Positions 61,611 to 64,000 of a DNA stretch of 64,000 nt are shown here, piece by piece. The notes below the pieces were generated by a model. It had not been told where the DNA came from. It searched no databases and saw nothing but the letters and a program-made list of their open reading frames with translations. The stretch comes from an uncultured bacterium. GTDB lineage: Bacteria > Verrucomicrobiota > Verrucomicrobiia > Limisphaerales > UBA8199. Both the position numbers and the translations under genes were made by a program. Position 1 is the stretch's first letter; the number at the start of each line of letters is the position of its first letter. The stretch is from positions 448,001 through 512,000 of the forward strand of contig CAVVMW010000023.1 of assembly GCA_963749495.1 (NCBI GenBank). Direction: 5' to 3'.

Positions 61611-61666
61611 TCGGCGTTCGGTTTGGTCTTTACCGCGGCCCGGAACCCGGCCACGCTGCCCTTCTC

Positions 61667-63130
61667 ATGAAACGGCTCGGGCTTTTGCTCATCGTCAGCT
61701 TGATCGGGGCGCCGACGGCGGGCGCCGCCGAGTATTACGCCGCCCCCGATGCCAGCGCCGGGGGGAACGGCTCGAAAGCCAGGCCATGGGGGCTCGAAAC
61801 GGCCCTGGCCCTGGCCCAGGCAATCAAGCCCGGTGATACGGTGTGGGTGCGCGGAGGGACCTACCGGGGAACCTTTGCCAGCGAGCTCACCGGCAGCCCC
61901 AGCCAACCGATCCTCGTGCGCCAGTACCCGGGCGAACGGGCCACCCTCGATTGCTCGACCTCGACTCTGCCGGCCCTCACGATCAACGGTGCCTGGGCCT
62001 GGTACTGGGGCTTGGAGGTGTGCAGCAGTTGGCCCGACCGCAGCCGTCCGCGCGCCGCCGGGCTGAGCATCTATGGACCCAACACCAAGTGCATCAACCT
62101 CGTGGTCCACGACGCGGGGGTCGGCATCGGTTCCTGGTCCACCGCAACCAACTCCGAGATTTGCGGGTGCCTGGTCTATTTCAACGGCTGGCAGGGCGGC
62201 CTGACGGATCGCGGCCACGGCCACGCTATCTACGCGCAAAACGCCGCAGGCACCAAGCTCTTCCGGGACAATATCCTCTTCGACCAGTTCGGCTTTGGCG
62301 TTCATGTCTATACCGAGTCGGGCGCCATCCAGGGCTTCGAACTCGAGGGCAACGCGGCCTTTGACAATGGCCTGCTCACCCGCCAGGCGACCCGCTCCGA
62401 CAACTACCTGATTGGCGGTCTCAAGCCCGCTGCGGCCATCGTGCTGCGGCAGAACTTCGGCTATCACACCCCCGGCAAGGGTGGGGCCAACCTCGCCCTC
62501 GGCTATCAGCCCATCCGCCTGCTCCAAGCCCTCTACGGCAACGCCGATGCCCTGGTCCAAAGCAATTACCTGGCCGGGGGCGGCTTGCTCTGCAAGTACT
62601 GGACCAACCTGACCGTCCGCGGCAACACCTTCGCCCTGCTCACCGGCTCGGTCGCCCTGGATCCCGGCCCGGGCGCCCTTCCCTGCCACTGGGACGACAA
62701 CCAGTATTTCCTCACCACCTCCACGCCGTTCAACTTCGCCGGGTCCGCCCTTTCCTTCGCAGAGTGGAAAACACGCACCGGTTACGACGCCGCCAGCCGC
62801 CTGGCCGCGAGCCCGCCGCCCACGCCCCAAGTCTTCGTGCGCCCCAACCCCTATGAAACCAACCGCGCCAACCTCATTGTCTTCAACTGGGGCCGGCAAG
62901 AAACCGTGCCGGCGGACCTGGCCGGCGTCCTGGCTCCCGGAGTGAACATCGAGGTGCGAAACGCCCAGGACTTCTTTGGACCGCCGGTCTGGAGCGGGCG
63001 CTACACCGGCCGGCCCATCCAGTTGCCGATGACCCATCTCACTATCGCTCAACCCGTCGGCGCTGAAGGCCGCGCAAGAGCGCCCGGGCCGGACTTCAAC
63101 GTGTTTGTGGTCCTGCCCGCTCAAAGGTGA
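61667..63130 (+). CDS. Secreted right-handed beta-helix (pectate lyase-like) protein
   Basis: Signal peptide, 'YYAAPD..GNGSKARPW', 'PGDTVWVRGGTY', Asn/Gly-rich parallel beta-helix repeats. Confidence 0.8.
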   Translation: MKRLGLLLIVSLIGAPTAGAAEYYAAPDASAGGNGSKARPWGLETALALAQAIKPGDTVWVRGGTYRGTFASELTGSPSQPILVRQYPGERATLDCSTSTLPALTINGAWAWYWGLEVCSSWPDRSRPRAAGLSIYGPNTKCINLVVHDAGVGIGSWSTATNSEICGCLVYFNGWQGGLTDRGHGHAIYAQNAAGTKLFRDNILFDQFGFGVHVYTESGAIQGFELEGNAAFDNGLLTRQATRSDNYLIGGLKPAAAIVLRQNFGYHTPGKGGANLALGYQPIRLLQALYGNADALVQSNYLAGGGLLCKYWTNLTVRGNTFALLTGSVALDPGPGALPCHWDDNQYFLTTSTPFNFAGSALSFAEWKTRTGYDAASRLAASPPPTPQVFVRPNPYETNRANLIVFNWGRQETVPADLAGVLAPGVNIEVRNAQDFFGPPVWSGRYTGRPIQLPMTHLTIAQPVGAEGRARAPGPDFNVFVVLPAQR

Positions 63131-63145
63131 CAACTCCGTCGGGAG

Positions 63146-63250
63146 ACCTTTGCCGCAATCTTTGTCGCAACCTTTGTCGAGACCTTTGTCGAATTGGCCA
63201 TTTTTCGACAAAGGCCGCGACAAAGGCCGCGACAAAGGTCCGGAATCCGA
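63146..63250. repeat. Inverted 12-mer repeat element (CCTTTGTCGNAA / GACAAAGG) between convergent genes
   Basis: Ends 'gacaaaggtccggaatc' like the 39.8 kb copy. Confidence 0.85.
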
Positions 63251-63260
63251 GCCTTTCCGA

Positions 63261-64000
63261 TTACTCATGCCCCATGTTCCCATCCCTCACCTTCGAGACC
63301 ACCCCTCTGAATTTGCCGCGCTCGGTCCGGGGGATGTCGGGGACCAGTTCGATCTTCACTTTGACGGGGCCAAGCCGTTGGGCAAACCGCGTTTGTATCG
63401 TCCGGATCTCGTTCTGGCCGAAGCCGGGCCGGGCCACGAGCCGCGCGGTGAACTGGTCCAGGGTCTCCTGGATGACCTGGCCTTCGATGACGTTGGGCAG
63501 GCCGATGAAGACGCCGTGGAACCGCACCATTTGGCGGCCGTCGGGACCCGTGGCCACGTCCTCGAGTCTGCCGACGATCTCCTGGAGGACCGGCAAATGG
63601 GCGCGCCCGCAAGGGCAGGCCTCAGCCGCCCAGGCCCCGCAGTCGCCGATTTCATAGCGGATGAGCGGTTGGACCTCGTTGAGCAGCGAGGTGCAGAGGA
63701 TGCGGCCCTCCACTCCGGGCGGCGCGGGCAGGCCCTGGTCATCGACGATTTCCAGGATGCCGAAGTCGGGGCTCACATGGAGGCGGCCATGCTCGCACTC
63801 GGTCGCCAGGACGCAGTTCTCGACGCAGCCGTACTCCTCGTAGGCCCTGGCCCGGAAGGCCAGGCGCAGCACGGCCTTCATTGGGGCGGTGAGCTTTTCG
63901 CTGCCGAGGATGAGGGCGTCCGGTTCATAATCCAGGGTCAGTCCCCGCTCGAGCATCAGCCGGGCCAGCAGGTAGTGCGAAGAGGCATAGCCGGTGAGGA
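63261..64000 (-). CDS. Phenylacetate-CoA ligase family / CapK-like protein (5' end outside window)
   Basis: 'LTGYASS', 'YEEYGCVE', 'PLIRYEIGD', 'CPCGR', 'IVGRLED', 'IPRTERGKFR'. Confidence 0.85.
   Translation of the reverse strand, partial: LTGYASSHYLLARLMLERGLTLDYEPDALILGSEKLTAPMKAVLRLAFRARAYEEYGCVENCVLATECEHGRLHVSPDFGILEIVDDQGLPAPPGVEGRILCTSLLNEVQPLIRYEIGDCGAWAAEACPCGRAHLPVLQEIVGRLEDVATGPDGRQMVRFHGVFIGLPNVIEGQVIQETLDQFTARLVARPGFGQNEIRTIQTRFAQRLGPVKVKIELVPDIPRTERGKFRGVVSKVRDGNMGHE

Noticed and set aside
61469..63283. 604-aa minus-strand ORF
   Set aside because: Shadow of the plus-strand beta-helix gene, with ends made of repeat elements.
1..64000. rRNA, tRNA, integrase or integron attC array
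   Set aside because: None recognised by eye; tRNAscan-SE, Infernal and IntegronFinder would be needed to exclude them.

Overview
A high-GC bacterial window whose gene families point to Verrucomicrobia (Pedosphaera/Limisphaera-like). This is an inference from extended ECF sigma factors, prepilin/H-X9-DG proteins and secreted proteins ending in a 'F/YYRL' domain. The left ~27 kb looks accessory: XRE regulator, eroded AAA ATPase, Ser/Thr kinase-TPR, HEAT-repeat protein, two 1679-bp ISL3 copies with 8-bp target duplications (one splits a large secreted protein), two HU genes plus a basic DNA-binding candidate, a GH109-like oxidoreductase, MiaE and a LamG protein. The right ~37 kb is more GC-rich by eye: ECF sigma, SppA, FkbM, a four-gene ABC exporter, CstA, a decayed defence-like patch around an intact DUF3800 gene, M20 amidohydrolase, HigBA, GNATs, uxaC, a two-component pair and a polysaccharide locus. 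Three things stand out. (1) Many palindromic and short-tandem repeat elements sit at gene junctions or in frame inside genes; two share termini, have 8-bp flanking duplications and carry different internal hairpins. (2) A promoter and structured leader RNA precede the DUF3800 gene. (3) Many genes are abruptly truncated, internally deleted or frameshifted, which may be partly a sequencing or assembly artefact. No rRNA, tRNA or CRISPR array was recognised.
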